This document shows, piece by piece, positions 26,833-35,858 of a DNA stretch of 64,000 bases; position 1 is the stretch's first letter, and every line of letters starts with the position of its first letter. This stretch comes from an uncultured Eubacteriales bacterium (GTDB lineage Bacteria > Bacillota > Clostridia > Christensenellales > CAG-138). Location: positions 18,581-82,580 of the forward strand of contig ONNZ01000005.1 in NCBI GenBank assembly GCA_900319345.1, read 5' to 3'. The notes beneath the pieces are model-generated. The model was not told the DNA's origin. It saw only the letters and a program-made list of their open reading frames with translations, and ran no database searches. Made by a program: the position numbers and the translations under genes.

Positions 26833-29055
26833 TCAATCCTCGACGGTGATGGTACCTACCTTGACGAACCAGGTGTACACATAGCCGATCACGTCGCCGA
26901 CCTTAACCTTGTACCAGGAGCCTTCCTGCTTGATGACTTTACCGGTCAGGCCCGCATCGAGGGAGCCGACCTTCTCAGCAGAATTCGAAGCAGCGGCACG
27001 TACGGGCGCCTTTGTCTGAGAGCCGTGAGCGATGATGGTGATATCCGTACCAGCGGGAACGCCCTCCAGGACTTGCAGCTTCACAGCTTCATGGTTGATG
27101 ATATGACCGCCGCCGGTGGCGCGGACCTTAACGGTGAGCTTGCCGGGCTGGGTCAGGCTGGGAACCGTGGTGGACCACTTCTTGCCGCCGTCCGTGGAGT
27201 ATTCGATGGTGAAGCCAGCGCCGTTCGTCAGCTTGGCCGTGACCTTATGCTCCTTGCCGTCGTAGACGAAAACACCGCCCTTGACCTCCAGCTTTGCCTT
27301 GGAGGGATCGGGATCAACGGTGGAATCGCTGTCTTCAGGAGGCAGAGAGCCGGTCTTGACGAACCACTCGTAGACGTATCCTTCCACAGAGCCGCACTTG
27401 ACCTTGATCCAGCTGCCGGTCTGACTTACCAGCGTGCCATGGGTGCCGGCGTCGAGGCTTCCAATCTTAGGAGAGCCGTTGGAGGGACCGGAACGGACGG
27501 GGGCCTTGGTGGTCCCGTTATGCGCGACGATGGTGATCGCCGTTCCGGCAGGCGCGACCTTGGTCACAGTAATGGTCACGTCCTTGGCGTTGAGTACGAC
27601 CTTGCCGCCTGTAGCCCTGGTCTTGACCGTCAGCGTACCGGGATCAGCGAGACCGGGCACCTTGGTGCTCCAGGTCTTGCCGCCGTCAGTGGAGAACTCC
27701 ACGGTAAGACCTGTGCCATTCTCCAGCTTATAGGTGACTTTGTGTACCATACCGTCATACATGAAGGTCCCGCCCTTTACGGTCAGCTTGGCTGCGGGAT
27801 CGGGATCGGGCCCGGGTACTTCAGCAGGAGCCACGGGATCAGGAAGAGGATCCTGAGTCACGAACCAGTAGTAAACGAAACCAGGCTTACCGCCGAAATT
27901 GATCTTGTACCAAGAACCGGTTTTGCCCAAAAGATCGAACTTCTGACCGGGAATTGCCGTTCCGATCTTTTCAGAGCCGGTGCCCGTCCCGGAACGAACA
28001 GGAGCCTTGGTGGTGCTGCCGTGCGCGATGATGGTGACCTTCGTTCCGGCAGGGATATTCTCCAATACCTCGATGACAACGTCCTTATGCTTGATCTGAT
28101 GGGTCCCGCCCGTAGCGCGAACCTTGACGGTCAGCGTGCCGACTTCGGTCAGGCCAGGGACCTTGGTGCTCCAGGTCTTACCGCCATCAATGGAGTATTG
28201 GATGGTGTAACCTTCGCCCTTCGTCATGGAAGCGGTCACCTTGTGCTCCTTGCCGTCGTACATGAAGGAGCCGCCTTTAGCGGTCAGCGTGGCGGAAGGA
28301 TCCGGATCGGCATCGGTCTCCGTGTTGAAAGAGCCGACTTTCACATACCAATTGTACACATAGCCGATTTTCGTACCAAACTTGATCTGATACCAAGAGC
28401 CTTCCTTGGTGATCATGCTGTACTTTTCGCCCTCAGTAGCTGTGCCGATCTTTTCAGAGCTGGAGGAAGCGCCGGCGCGGACAGGTGCTTTCTTGATGCC
28501 AGCGTGGGCGACGATGGTGATCTCTGTGCCCTCTGGCGGAGTCTTGGTGATCTCCAACGTCACTTCCTTATGGTTCAGGATGACGTTGTCCTTGCAGGCG
28601 CGTACCTTGACCTTCAGCTTGCCGGGGTCCTTGAGGCTGGGCTGGGTGGTAGTCCAGCTCTTGCCATCGTCAGTGGAGTATTCCACTACGAATCCTTCCC
28701 CGTTTTTGATGGAGACAGTCACCTTGTGATCCAAACCATCATACAGGAACAGGCCGCCTTTCACCGTCAGGGTGATGTCATATGGAGCGGTGACCTCAGC
28801 GGTCTTCACATAGCCGGAAGGATTTGCGATGCGCGTAAAGGCGCCGCTGACGCTCACATACTTTGCAACTGCATTGGGAGCCAGCGTACCGACCACAGGA
28901 TTGGCGTCGCCTGCCTCCTTGTACACATTGATCACGCCGGATGTCTTATTCCGGACGTACTTGTCTTCCGCTGCAACACCGTCCCTTACGAACAGGGCCG
29001 GAACCAGCGAAAAGACCATGATCGCTGTCAGCAGCAAAGAGATCGCTTTTTTCAT
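26833..29055 (-). CDS. Secreted SH3b-repeat surface protein (SH3-like + 4x [Ig-like + SH3b])
   Basis: Signal peptide MKKAISLLL; four ~160-aa repeats with YDGKEHKVT, YSTDGGKTW and APVRxG...KIG...GSWYKI...GYVY. Confidence 0.85.
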   Translation of the reverse strand: MKKAISLLLTAIMVFSLVPALFVRDGVAAEDKYVRNKTSGVINVYKEAGDANPVVGTLAPNAVAKYVSVSGAFTRIANPSGYVKTAEVTAPYDITLTVKGGLFLYDGLDHKVTVSIKNGEGFVVEYSTDDGKSWTTTQPSLKDPGKLKVKVRACKDNVILNHKEVTLEITKTPPEGTEITIVAHAGIKKAPVRAGASSSSEKIGTATEGEKYSMITKEGSWYQIKFGTKIGYVYNWYVKVGSFNTETDADPDPSATLTAKGGSFMYDGKEHKVTASMTKGEGYTIQYSIDGGKTWSTKVPGLTEVGTLTVKVRATGGTHQIKHKDVVIEVLENIPAGTKVTIIAHGSTTKAPVRSGTGTGSEKIGTAIPGQKFDLLGKTGSWYKINFGGKPGFVYYWFVTQDPLPDPVAPAEVPGPDPDPAAKLTVKGGTFMYDGMVHKVTYKLENGTGLTVEFSTDGGKTWSTKVPGLADPGTLTVKTRATGGKVVLNAKDVTITVTKVAPAGTAITIVAHNGTTKAPVRSGPSNGSPKIGSLDAGTHGTLVSQTGSWIKVKCGSVEGYVYEWFVKTGSLPPEDSDSTVDPDPSKAKLEVKGGVFVYDGKEHKVTAKLTNGAGFTIEYSTDGGKKWSTTVPSLTQPGKLTVKVRATGGGHIINHEAVKLQVLEGVPAGTDITIIAHGSQTKAPVRAAASNSAEKVGSLDAGLTGKVIKQEGSWYKVKVGDVIGYVYTWFVKVGTITVED

Positions 29056-29115
29056 TGTGTGTTTTCCCCTTTCCAGACACAACATATTGTGATATCTCAA
29101 ATCGGTCTGAATTTT

Positions 29116-29189
29116 ATGAACATTATATGAACACTATACCATGATTTGCAAAAAAATAAAGCGTTATAAATGTGAACTTTTTATGAACA
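29116..29189 (-). promoter_or_regulatory. Two pairs of 11-bp-period GTTCA direct repeats
   Basis: Minus strand TGTTCA-TAAAA-AGTTCA and TGTTCA-TATAA-TGTTCA (the latter contains TATAAT). Confidence 0.5.
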
Positions 29190-29260
29190 TGCAAATAAAA
29201 AAGGCCTTTTTCCGTGATTTTTGGTGGAAAAAGGCTGCATAATCGGATTGCATACTTATC

Positions 29261-30019
29261 CTACACACTGATTACGTTCTCCATCGTATAAAACCCTGGT
29301 TCTTTATCTAAAAGCCAGGCGGCTGCGGTCAAAGCGCCGTCTGCAAAGACCCTTTTGCTTCCTGCTCGATGGGTGATGACGATCTCCTCATCGGTGCCAA
29401 GGAAGTACACAGAATGCTCTCCCGCTATGTTTCCGCCCCGCAGGGAATGAATGCCGATCTCCTTCTTGTCCCGCCGTTTGTTGGTCTCGTGCCGGCCGAA
29501 CACCAGCTCGCTCTCCCCGTCCCGAGCTGCCTCGATGGCTTCCGCCAGCATCATAGCGGTGCCGCTTGGCGCGTCCACCTTCATGTTGTGATGGGTCTCC
29601 ACGATCTCCGGATCGAAGGCGGAGCCCAGCACACGGGTCGCTGCCCGCACCAATGCAAGCTGCAGATTGACGCCCAAGGACATGTTGCGTGAATAGAATA
29701 CGGGGATGGTCCTGGCGGCTTCCTTCAGCCGCGCCATCTCCGGCTCCCCCAGCCCTGTGGTGCCGGTGACGATAGGCTTCCTCTCCCGCAGGCATAGCTC
29801 CAGCACCGTCATGGCAGCCATGGGCCGGGAAAAGTCGATGGCTATGTCGAAAGGCACGTCCACCGCTTCTGCCGAAGGGAAAAGCAGGCCGGGGAAATCC
29901 CCCGCCTTCAGGTCGACGCCCACAGCCGGGACCAGGTCCCCGTGGGCGGCCTTCAGGACGGCCAGGACCGCCTGTCCCATGTGGCCCATAGCCCCATTGA
30001 TCAATACTTTCTTTTCCAT
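29261..30019 (-). CDS. dapB: 4-hydroxy-tetrahydrodipicolinate reductase
   Basis: GAMGHMG, IDFS, GTTG, NMSLGV, ETHHNMKVDAPSGTA. Confidence 0.95.
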   Translation of the reverse strand: MEKKVLINGAMGHMGQAVLAVLKAAHGDLVPAVGVDLKAGDFPGLLFPSAEAVDVPFDIAIDFSRPMAAMTVLELCLRERKPIVTGTTGLGEPEMARLKEAARTIPVFYSRNMSLGVNLQLALVRAATRVLGSAFDPEIVETHHNMKVDAPSGTAMMLAEAIEAARDGESELVFGRHETNKRRDKKEIGIHSLRGGNIAGEHSVYFLGTDEEIVITHRAGSKRVFADGALTAAAWLLDKEPGFYTMENVISV

Positions 30020-30031
30020 ATAATCCTCAGC

Positions 30032-30913
30032 TTAGATCAATCCGAAATCTTTTAGCGCCTTGCGCATCTTCTCCTCATCCTCCGGCGTGGGCGGTACGAG
30101 GGGCAGCCGCAGCTCGGGGGAACAGAGGTCCATCATGCCCATCATGGTCTTGATGGGGATGGGATTGGTCTCGCAGAAGGCGGCCCGCCAGATGGGCAGG
30201 AGGCTGAACTGGAGCTTGCGGGCGATGTCCAGCTTCCCGGCGAAGAAGGCCATGCACAGGTTGTGGACCTCGGAGGGCACCACGTTGGCGATGGTGGAGA
30301 TGACGCCCTTGCCGCCAAGGGACAGGACCGGCAGGATGTGGTCGTCGTTGCCGGAATAGATGTCGAGGCCCGGACATGTGGCCGCCAGGTTCACCATCTG
30401 CTCGATGTTGCCGCTGGCCTCTTTGATGCCCACCACGTTCTCGCATACGTCTAAAATCTCCCGCATGGTGGCGGGCAGCACATTGAGGCCAGTCCGGGAG
30501 GGCACGTTGTAGACGATGATGGGGATATGTACTTGCTCGCAGATGGCGGCGTAGTGAGCCACAAGGCCCTTTTGGGTGGTCTTGTTATAGAAAGGCGTCA
30601 CGATCAAAAGGCCGTCCACCCCGAGGGCTTCCGCTGTGCGGGAGAAGTCGATGACGGCGGCGGTGTTGTTGCCGCCGGTGCCGGCGATGACCGGTATCCG
30701 TCGGTTGACACGATCCACCACGAAGCGGATCACCTCCACTCGCTCCTCCGTGGACATGGTGGCCGCCTCCCCGGTGGTGCCGCAGACGATGATGGCGTCC
30801 GTACCGCTGATGATCTGCAGCTCGATGAGCCGGGTCAACGCGGTATAATCCACCTCGCCGTTGGTGAACGGCGTGACCAAAGCGACGCCGGAGCCTTTGA
30901 AAATGGTACTCAT
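30032..30913 (-). CDS. dapA: 4-hydroxy-tetrahydrodipicolinate synthase
   Basis: ALVTPF, GTTGE, YNVPSRTG, GIKEASG, ETNPIPIK. Confidence 0.96.
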   Translation of the reverse strand: MSTIFKGSGVALVTPFTNGEVDYTALTRLIELQIISGTDAIIVCGTTGEAATMSTEERVEVIRFVVDRVNRRIPVIAGTGGNNTAAVIDFSRTAEALGVDGLLIVTPFYNKTTQKGLVAHYAAICEQVHIPIIVYNVPSRTGLNVLPATMREILDVCENVVGIKEASGNIEQMVNLAATCPGLDIYSGNDDHILPVLSLGGKGVISTIANVVPSEVHNLCMAFFAGKLDIARKLQFSLLPIWRAAFCETNPIPIKTMMGMMDLCSPELRLPLVPPTPEDEEKMRKALKDFGLI

Positions 30914-30947
30914 GGGCCTTCCCTCCCTAAGCATATTCTTCGATTTG

Positions 30948-30976
30948 ATTGTACCGTTTTCCCTATTCTTTGTCAA
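30948..30976 (-). promoter_or_regulatory. Sigma-A promoter of dapA-dapB overlapping the spoIIP 3' end
   Basis: TTGACA-N17-TACAAT. Confidence 0.75.
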
Positions 30977-31904
30977 TTCCCGCTCTGTTGGGGACCAACA
31001 GGCCGCGAAACTCTTTTTGCGGCTGGCAGGCTTTTCTGTCGGCCAGGGTCAGGGCCAGGCTCTCTGCCAGGGAGGGCACGGCGTTTAGGGCTTGTTCCAG
31101 GGTATTGGCGTTATGTCCCACCTCGATGAGCAGGCTCAGCTGCCCCACATGTTGGTTGTACCGCCCGGTCTTCACCCGCACATCCCTCGCCAGCCGCCGA
31201 TCGATATGCCGCAGGTTTTCCGTAAGCGTCGATGCCAAAGCAAAATTTGTATCAAAATCCGGTTTATCCGCATACTTGGTCCCCTGCCCCACTACGCACA
31301 TGAGCCGGGCCGTGGGGCAGCCGTCCACCACTACAAAATCCTTCTCATCCGAGCTGGCGTCCCGATGGATGTCGATGAACAGGACCAGGGAGGGATATCG
31401 TTCGAGATAGCCGCGCATGGTCTTCTCACTCCGTTCGTAAGCGGTCTTAAGGCTTGGCGGCTCGTGATCCGTGGTGTCGTGGATCACGGAAAAACCGTAC
31501 TGTACCCGTAGCCGTTCCGCCAGCGCCTCCCCCACCGCCAGCACGCTCTTGCTGGGGTCCGCCGTGCGATAGGAGCCGGTCTGCACATAGGGGGACGCTT
31601 TTGTGGCGGTATAGGCTTCGGTGGTATGGGTATGGTATATGAGTATCTTCGGCTCCTTCCCCCTTAGGTCCAGCCCACGGGACAGGATCGCCGTCTCAGC
31701 ATCCTCAATGGATAGCGAAGCGTCCTTCTCCTCTGTCGTCGTCGGCGCGGGCGTAAGGGGTGCCATCGTAGGCACGGCCACAGGCTCCTTCGGCGGCAGC
31801 AGGTCGATCACCCGCAGCACGGACAGGAACAGCAGCAGGGCGAACAACAGGCGGATGAAGCCCTCCTTCCCGGCATGGGTTCGTTGGTTCTTTCGGCGTT
31901 TCAT
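30963..31904 (-). CDS. spoIIP: Stage II sporulation protein P
   Basis: ILIYHTHTTEAY, IDIHRD, RYNQH, LLIEVG. Confidence 0.92.
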   Translation of the reverse strand: MKRRKNQRTHAGKEGFIRLLFALLLFLSVLRVIDLLPPKEPVAVPTMAPLTPAPTTTEEKDASLSIEDAETAILSRGLDLRGKEPKILIYHTHTTEAYTATKASPYVQTGSYRTADPSKSVLAVGEALAERLRVQYGFSVIHDTTDHEPPSLKTAYERSEKTMRGYLERYPSLVLFIDIHRDASSDEKDFVVVDGCPTARLMCVVGQGTKYADKPDFDTNFALASTLTENLRHIDRRLARDVRVKTGRYNQHVGQLSLLIEVGHNANTLEQALNAVPSLAESLALTLADRKACQPQKEFRGLLVPNRAGIDKE

Positions 31905-31925
31905 AGGGCATACCTCCTCATCGTT

Positions 31926-31953
31926 ACCCTATGCATGGGGGAAACGGATTATC
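31926..31953 (-). promoter_or_regulatory. Possible sigma-E promoter of spoIIP
   Basis: Minus strand ATA-N16-CATAGGGT. Confidence 0.5.
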
Positions 31954-32833
31954 GCATGAGCCCTTCCAGCGCTCCATAATTCTCCCCGAACAGCGCCAAA
32001 TTCAGTCCATAGGACAGGATGCTGGCCCCGTCCTTCACCATGGCGTCGATGTCCTTGGGTGTGACGCACATGGAGAGGAAGTCGCCGCCCAGCCGCCGCT
32101 TGGCCTTGCTGAACAGGTCCTCCGCGTCCATGCGGACCAGGCCAGAATATAGGATCGCCTCCGCCGTCAGCACCAGGGGGATGCCCAGGGCGATGACCGG
32201 GATGCCCAGGGTGGCCTTATTGAGCCCCATCCGGAAGTTCCCCACCCCGGCCCCAGGTGAGATGCCTGTGTCGTTCAGCTGGACCATGGCCCCAACATGA
32301 TCGCTTTCTGAGGACGCCAAGGCGTCCACCGCCACGATGAGATCGGGCTCCAGTACGGAAGCGATGCCTGTCACCGCCTCCGCCGTCTCCACCCCGGTCA
32401 TGCCCATGACCCCTGCCACGAAGGCCGCCACCGTGCGGGTGTTTGGCGGCAGAAGGTCCGGGAAATGGTTTTGCACATGACGGGTGACGAACAGGTTTTC
32501 GATGGTCTGGGGGCCCAGGGCGTCGGGGGTCACGTGCCGATTCCCCAGGCCCACCACCAGCACGCTCTGCACCTCCCCCATGAGCAAGGACAGTTCCGCA
32601 GCGAGGCACCGTCCCGCCTCCTGCCGCACTTCCTTGCTGGAAAGCCCATCTTCAGGCAGGGTCAGGGTGATATAGCTGCCCCGGGGCTTATCCAGCTTAC
32701 GTTCCGCCCCCTGGGTTCGCACCCGGATGCGGGAGATGCGCATGCGACCCTTCCGTTCGTTCTCCTCCTCCACGCCGGAGAGGGTCGGGCAGCGCTGCAG
32801 CGCCTCATGGGCCATATCGGTGCGGGTGTTCAT
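31949..32833 (-). CDS. gpr: GPR endopeptidase (germination protease)
   Basis: RTDMAHEA, VVGLGNRHVTPDALGP, VDALAS, DTGISPGAGVGN, VTPKDID. Confidence 0.93.
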   Translation of the reverse strand: MNTRTDMAHEALQRCPTLSGVEEENERKGRMRISRIRVRTQGAERKLDKPRGSYITLTLPEDGLSSKEVRQEAGRCLAAELSLLMGEVQSVLVVGLGNRHVTPDALGPQTIENLFVTRHVQNHFPDLLPPNTRTVAAFVAGVMGMTGVETAEAVTGIASVLEPDLIVAVDALASSESDHVGAMVQLNDTGISPGAGVGNFRMGLNKATLGIPVIALGIPLVLTAEAILYSGLVRMDAEDLFSKAKRRLGGDFLSMCVTPKDIDAMVKDGASILSYGLNLALFGENYGALEGLMR

Positions 32834-32892
32834 GCTTCCTCCTGAAAAAAGAATGCCGGCCCAAGTGGGCCGGTAGTTAGGGTATCCAGATT

Positions 32893-34365
32893 TCAAAGCA
32901 GAATACAGATAAGGCCGTTGCAATCCTCGTTGACCATGCGTTCGATGGTGCCCTGCATCTTCTGCTGCACGTTCACTGGCATGCCGCCCAGCTTCCCCTG
33001 CATGTTTTCCGTCACCATGTCCTGCAACGTTTTTCCGAAAAATGAGGTCTGCCACAGGGCGTTCACGTCCTCCTGGCGTGCGGCGTTCAGATGCTCCATC
33101 AGGTTCTTTGCTTGCTCCTCGGAGCCGATCAGGGGGCTCACCTCCGTGTCGATGTCCACCTTCACGATGTGCAGCCCCTTGGCCCTGGCCCTGAGCCGCA
33201 CCCCGCAGCGGCCGCCCTGCCGGAACATCTCCGGCTCCATGAGCTCCATCTCCTCCATGGAGGGGGTGACCACGCCGTAGCCCGTCTGTTCCGCCTCCTC
33301 CAATGCGTTAGCCAGCCGATCGTAGGCTCGCTTGGCTGCAGCGAACTCCCGAATGGCGGAGAACAGGGCAAAATCGTCGGCGATCTCAACCCCCGTCTCC
33401 TCGCTCAAAAGGGTGTAGAACATGCTTTCCTCCGGCGTCAGGGCCAGCGTCACCGTGCCTGTACCCAGATCGGCGCCCTCCCATTCCGCCTTTTTGAAAT
33501 GCTCCAGGGACTGCATCCCCTCCACCAGCTTTCCACAGTCGCCCACGGTCTGCACCTCGGGCGACAGCTTCCGCAGCAGGGACAAAACGCCCTCCATCAG
33601 GGGGCTTTCTCCCGACAGGGCCCGCAGGAACCCCGGCACGCTGATCTCCACCAGCTTCACCGGGAAGGCGTACAGGATCTTGGTGATCAAGTCCCGGACC
33701 TCCGTCCCGGACATATTCTTCACGTCCAAGGGCACGGCGGTGACGCCGTATCGCTCCCTGATGTCCTCCGCCAGGGCCTGAGCGGTGTCGCTGGTGGGAT
33801 TGTTGCTGTTCACCACCACTACGAAGGGCTTTGCAGCCGCCTTGGCCGCCTCGATGGCCTGTCGCTCCGCATCCTCGTAGCTCTCCCGGGGCAGGTCCGT
33901 GATGGACCCGTCCGTGGTCATGACGATGGAGATGGTGGCATGCTCCTGGATGACCCTTGTGGTACCCACCTCCGCCGCCTGGGAGAAGGGGATATCGTGA
34001 TCGAACCAGGGGGTAGTGACCATCCGGGGGCCCTCCCCCTCCCGGTCGCCCACAGCTCCGGGTACCATGTACCCCACGCAGTCGATGAGCTTGCACCGGC
34101 AGGACACGCCCTCCTCGAAGGTCACGTTCACCGCTTCCGCGGGCACGAACCGGGGCTGGGTGGTCATGATGCTGCGGCCCGCGCCGCTTTGGGGCAGCTC
34201 ATCGGTCAGACGTTCCTTCTCATATTCGTTCTCCATATTCGGCAGCAGCAACAGCTCCGAAAACCGCTTGATAAAGGTGGATTTCCCGGTGCGCACGGGC
34301 CCGGCCACGGCGATATAGATGTCGCCTCCGGTCCGTTCCGCCATATCTCGATAAATATCTCTCAT
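32893..34365 (-). CDS. spoIVA: Stage IV sporulation protein A
   Basis: IYRDMAERTGGDIY, GPVRTGKSTFIKRF, DELPQS, C-terminal GLICILL. Confidence 0.96.
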   Translation of the reverse strand: MRDIYRDMAERTGGDIYIAVAGPVRTGKSTFIKRFSELLLLPNMENEYEKERLTDELPQSGAGRSIMTTQPRFVPAEAVNVTFEEGVSCRCKLIDCVGYMVPGAVGDREGEGPRMVTTPWFDHDIPFSQAAEVGTTRVIQEHATISIVMTTDGSITDLPRESYEDAERQAIEAAKAAAKPFVVVVNSNNPTSDTAQALAEDIRERYGVTAVPLDVKNMSGTEVRDLITKILYAFPVKLVEISVPGFLRALSGESPLMEGVLSLLRKLSPEVQTVGDCGKLVEGMQSLEHFKKAEWEGADLGTGTVTLALTPEESMFYTLLSEETGVEIADDFALFSAIREFAAAKRAYDRLANALEEAEQTGYGVVTPSMEEMELMEPEMFRQGGRCGVRLRARAKGLHIVKVDIDTEVSPLIGSEEQAKNLMEHLNAARQEDVNALWQTSFFGKTLQDMVTENMQGKLGGMPVNVQQKMQGTIERMVNEDCNGLICILL

Positions 34366-34393
34366 ACCGTTCCTCCGCGTGTTTCTCTATCTC

Positions 34394-34421
34394 ACTGTAT
34401 GCGATTCCTGCCGGGGTATGC
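34394..34421 (-). promoter_or_regulatory. Possible sigma-E promoter of spoIVA
   Basis: Minus strand GCATA-N15-CATACAGT. Confidence 0.55.
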
Positions 34422-34463
34422 GAGGCACTTTTCAGCCTCCCCGGATGGTGGTATACTATGCGT

Positions 34464-35813
34464 ATGAACAAACCGGTCCGCGTCATTCGAATAGTTGTGC
34501 CCGTCCTGTGCTGCATCGTCTTCGGCTGGTGGCTGTCGAAGCAGGATTCGATCCTGTCATTGGGCACGCTGTCCGCGCTGTTGAGCGCGGGCCTGTTCGC
34601 CTTGACCCTGACCGCCGCCCTGACCCGGCTGGCCGATGGTCGCTTTGACAGTGGGTTGCCTTCCTGTTCCACCCCAGACATGCCCCGCCAGCGGCTTGGG
34701 GCCTGGGGCATCCTCGTGGGATTCGGCATTGTGGTGACGCTGGTACAGTATCTCGTCATCTCTCTGCTGTCTCGCCCCCACGGGGATTTCCTGCACAGTT
34801 TTCAGCAGCTGTATTACCGCAGCGACGTGGCCCACTATATGGGCATCGCCCGGCACTGGTACGTGAACGCAGGGAACGAACGGCTGCGGTTGGTGTTCCT
34901 GCCCCTCTATCCTCTGGCGGTCCGGCTGACCACCTGGAACAAGGACTATTTCACCGGGGCCCTTATAGCCGCCCAGGTCTTCTCCCTGGCCCTGCTGCCC
35001 GCCGCATACGAGCTGTTTCGGGTGGATCTGGACCGCCGTTCGGCCATGGCCTGTGCCCGGGTGCTGTTCCTGCTCCCCGGGGCCGCCTTCCTGCGGGTGC
35101 CCATGAGCGAAGGCCTGTTCCTTTTACTGACGCTGCTGGGCGTGCTGTTCGCCCGCAAGAAGCGCTTCCTGCTGGCCGGCCTGTTCACTGCCCTGTCCGC
35201 CCTGACCCGGTCCCTGGGCGTCCTACTACTGGGGTTGCTGTTCCTGGAGATGCTGTCCTCGTTCTTGGATGAATACCGAAAGGACAAGCAGGCGGCCCTT
35301 CGGCTGGTGCCTGGATATATCGCGAGTCTCCTGCTGGGCTGCTGCGGTACGGCCCTCTATCTATTCATCAACTGGCAGGTCTCCGGCCATCCCTTGACCT
35401 TCCTCACCTACCAGCGTGAGAACTGGAACCAACAGCTGGGGTTCTTCTTCAACACGGCGTCCTATCAAGTGGAATACGCCTTCATGTATTGGAACAGCGG
35501 AGACCTGAAGTCGGTGCTGTCCCTGAGCCTCCCCAACCTGGTCTGCAGCTTCGGTACCCTGGCGTTGCTGTATACGGATCGAAATAAAATGCAGCTCAGC
35601 TATCTATTGTGGGCCCTGGTCTACTTCGCGATCTCCATCGGCGCCACCTGGCTTTTGAGCGGGCCCCGGTATCTCGCCATGGTGTTCCCCCTGGCGTTGG
35701 CCATCCGGCGAATATGCAAAACGACTTTCTCCGAGGTACTCATGGAGATAGGTCTCCTGGTAACCCAGACAGCGTACCTGCTGATGCTTGCTCTCGATAT
35801 GTACGTTTACTAA
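34464..35813 (+). CDS. GT-C fold membrane glycosyltransferase (mannosyltransferase-like)
   Basis: Multi-TM; DVAHYMGIARHWY, VFLPLYP, SEGLFL, PRY motifs; start 34458 or 34464. Confidence 0.78.
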   Translation: MNKPVRVIRIVVPVLCCIVFGWWLSKQDSILSLGTLSALLSAGLFALTLTAALTRLADGRFDSGLPSCSTPDMPRQRLGAWGILVGFGIVVTLVQYLVISLLSRPHGDFLHSFQQLYYRSDVAHYMGIARHWYVNAGNERLRLVFLPLYPLAVRLTTWNKDYFTGALIAAQVFSLALLPAAYELFRVDLDRRSAMACARVLFLLPGAAFLRVPMSEGLFLLLTLLGVLFARKKRFLLAGLFTALSALTRSLGVLLLGLLFLEMLSSFLDEYRKDKQAALRLVPGYIASLLLGCCGTALYLFINWQVSGHPLTFLTYQRENWNQQLGFFFNTASYQVEYAFMYWNSGDLKSVLSLSLPNLVCSFGTLALLYTDRNKMQLSYLLWALVYFAISIGATWLLSGPRYLAMVFPLALAIRRICKTTFSEVLMEIGLLVTQTAYLLMLALDMYVY

Positions 35814-35858
35814 ATAATATACGTGGACAAATCCAGCCCCTTCCGGTATACTGGACCT

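Noticed and set aside
26824-29130. 768-aa plus-strand ORF covering the SH3-repeat gene
   Set aside because: Codon-aligned antisense shadow of a gene with biased codon use; no SD or recognisable motifs.
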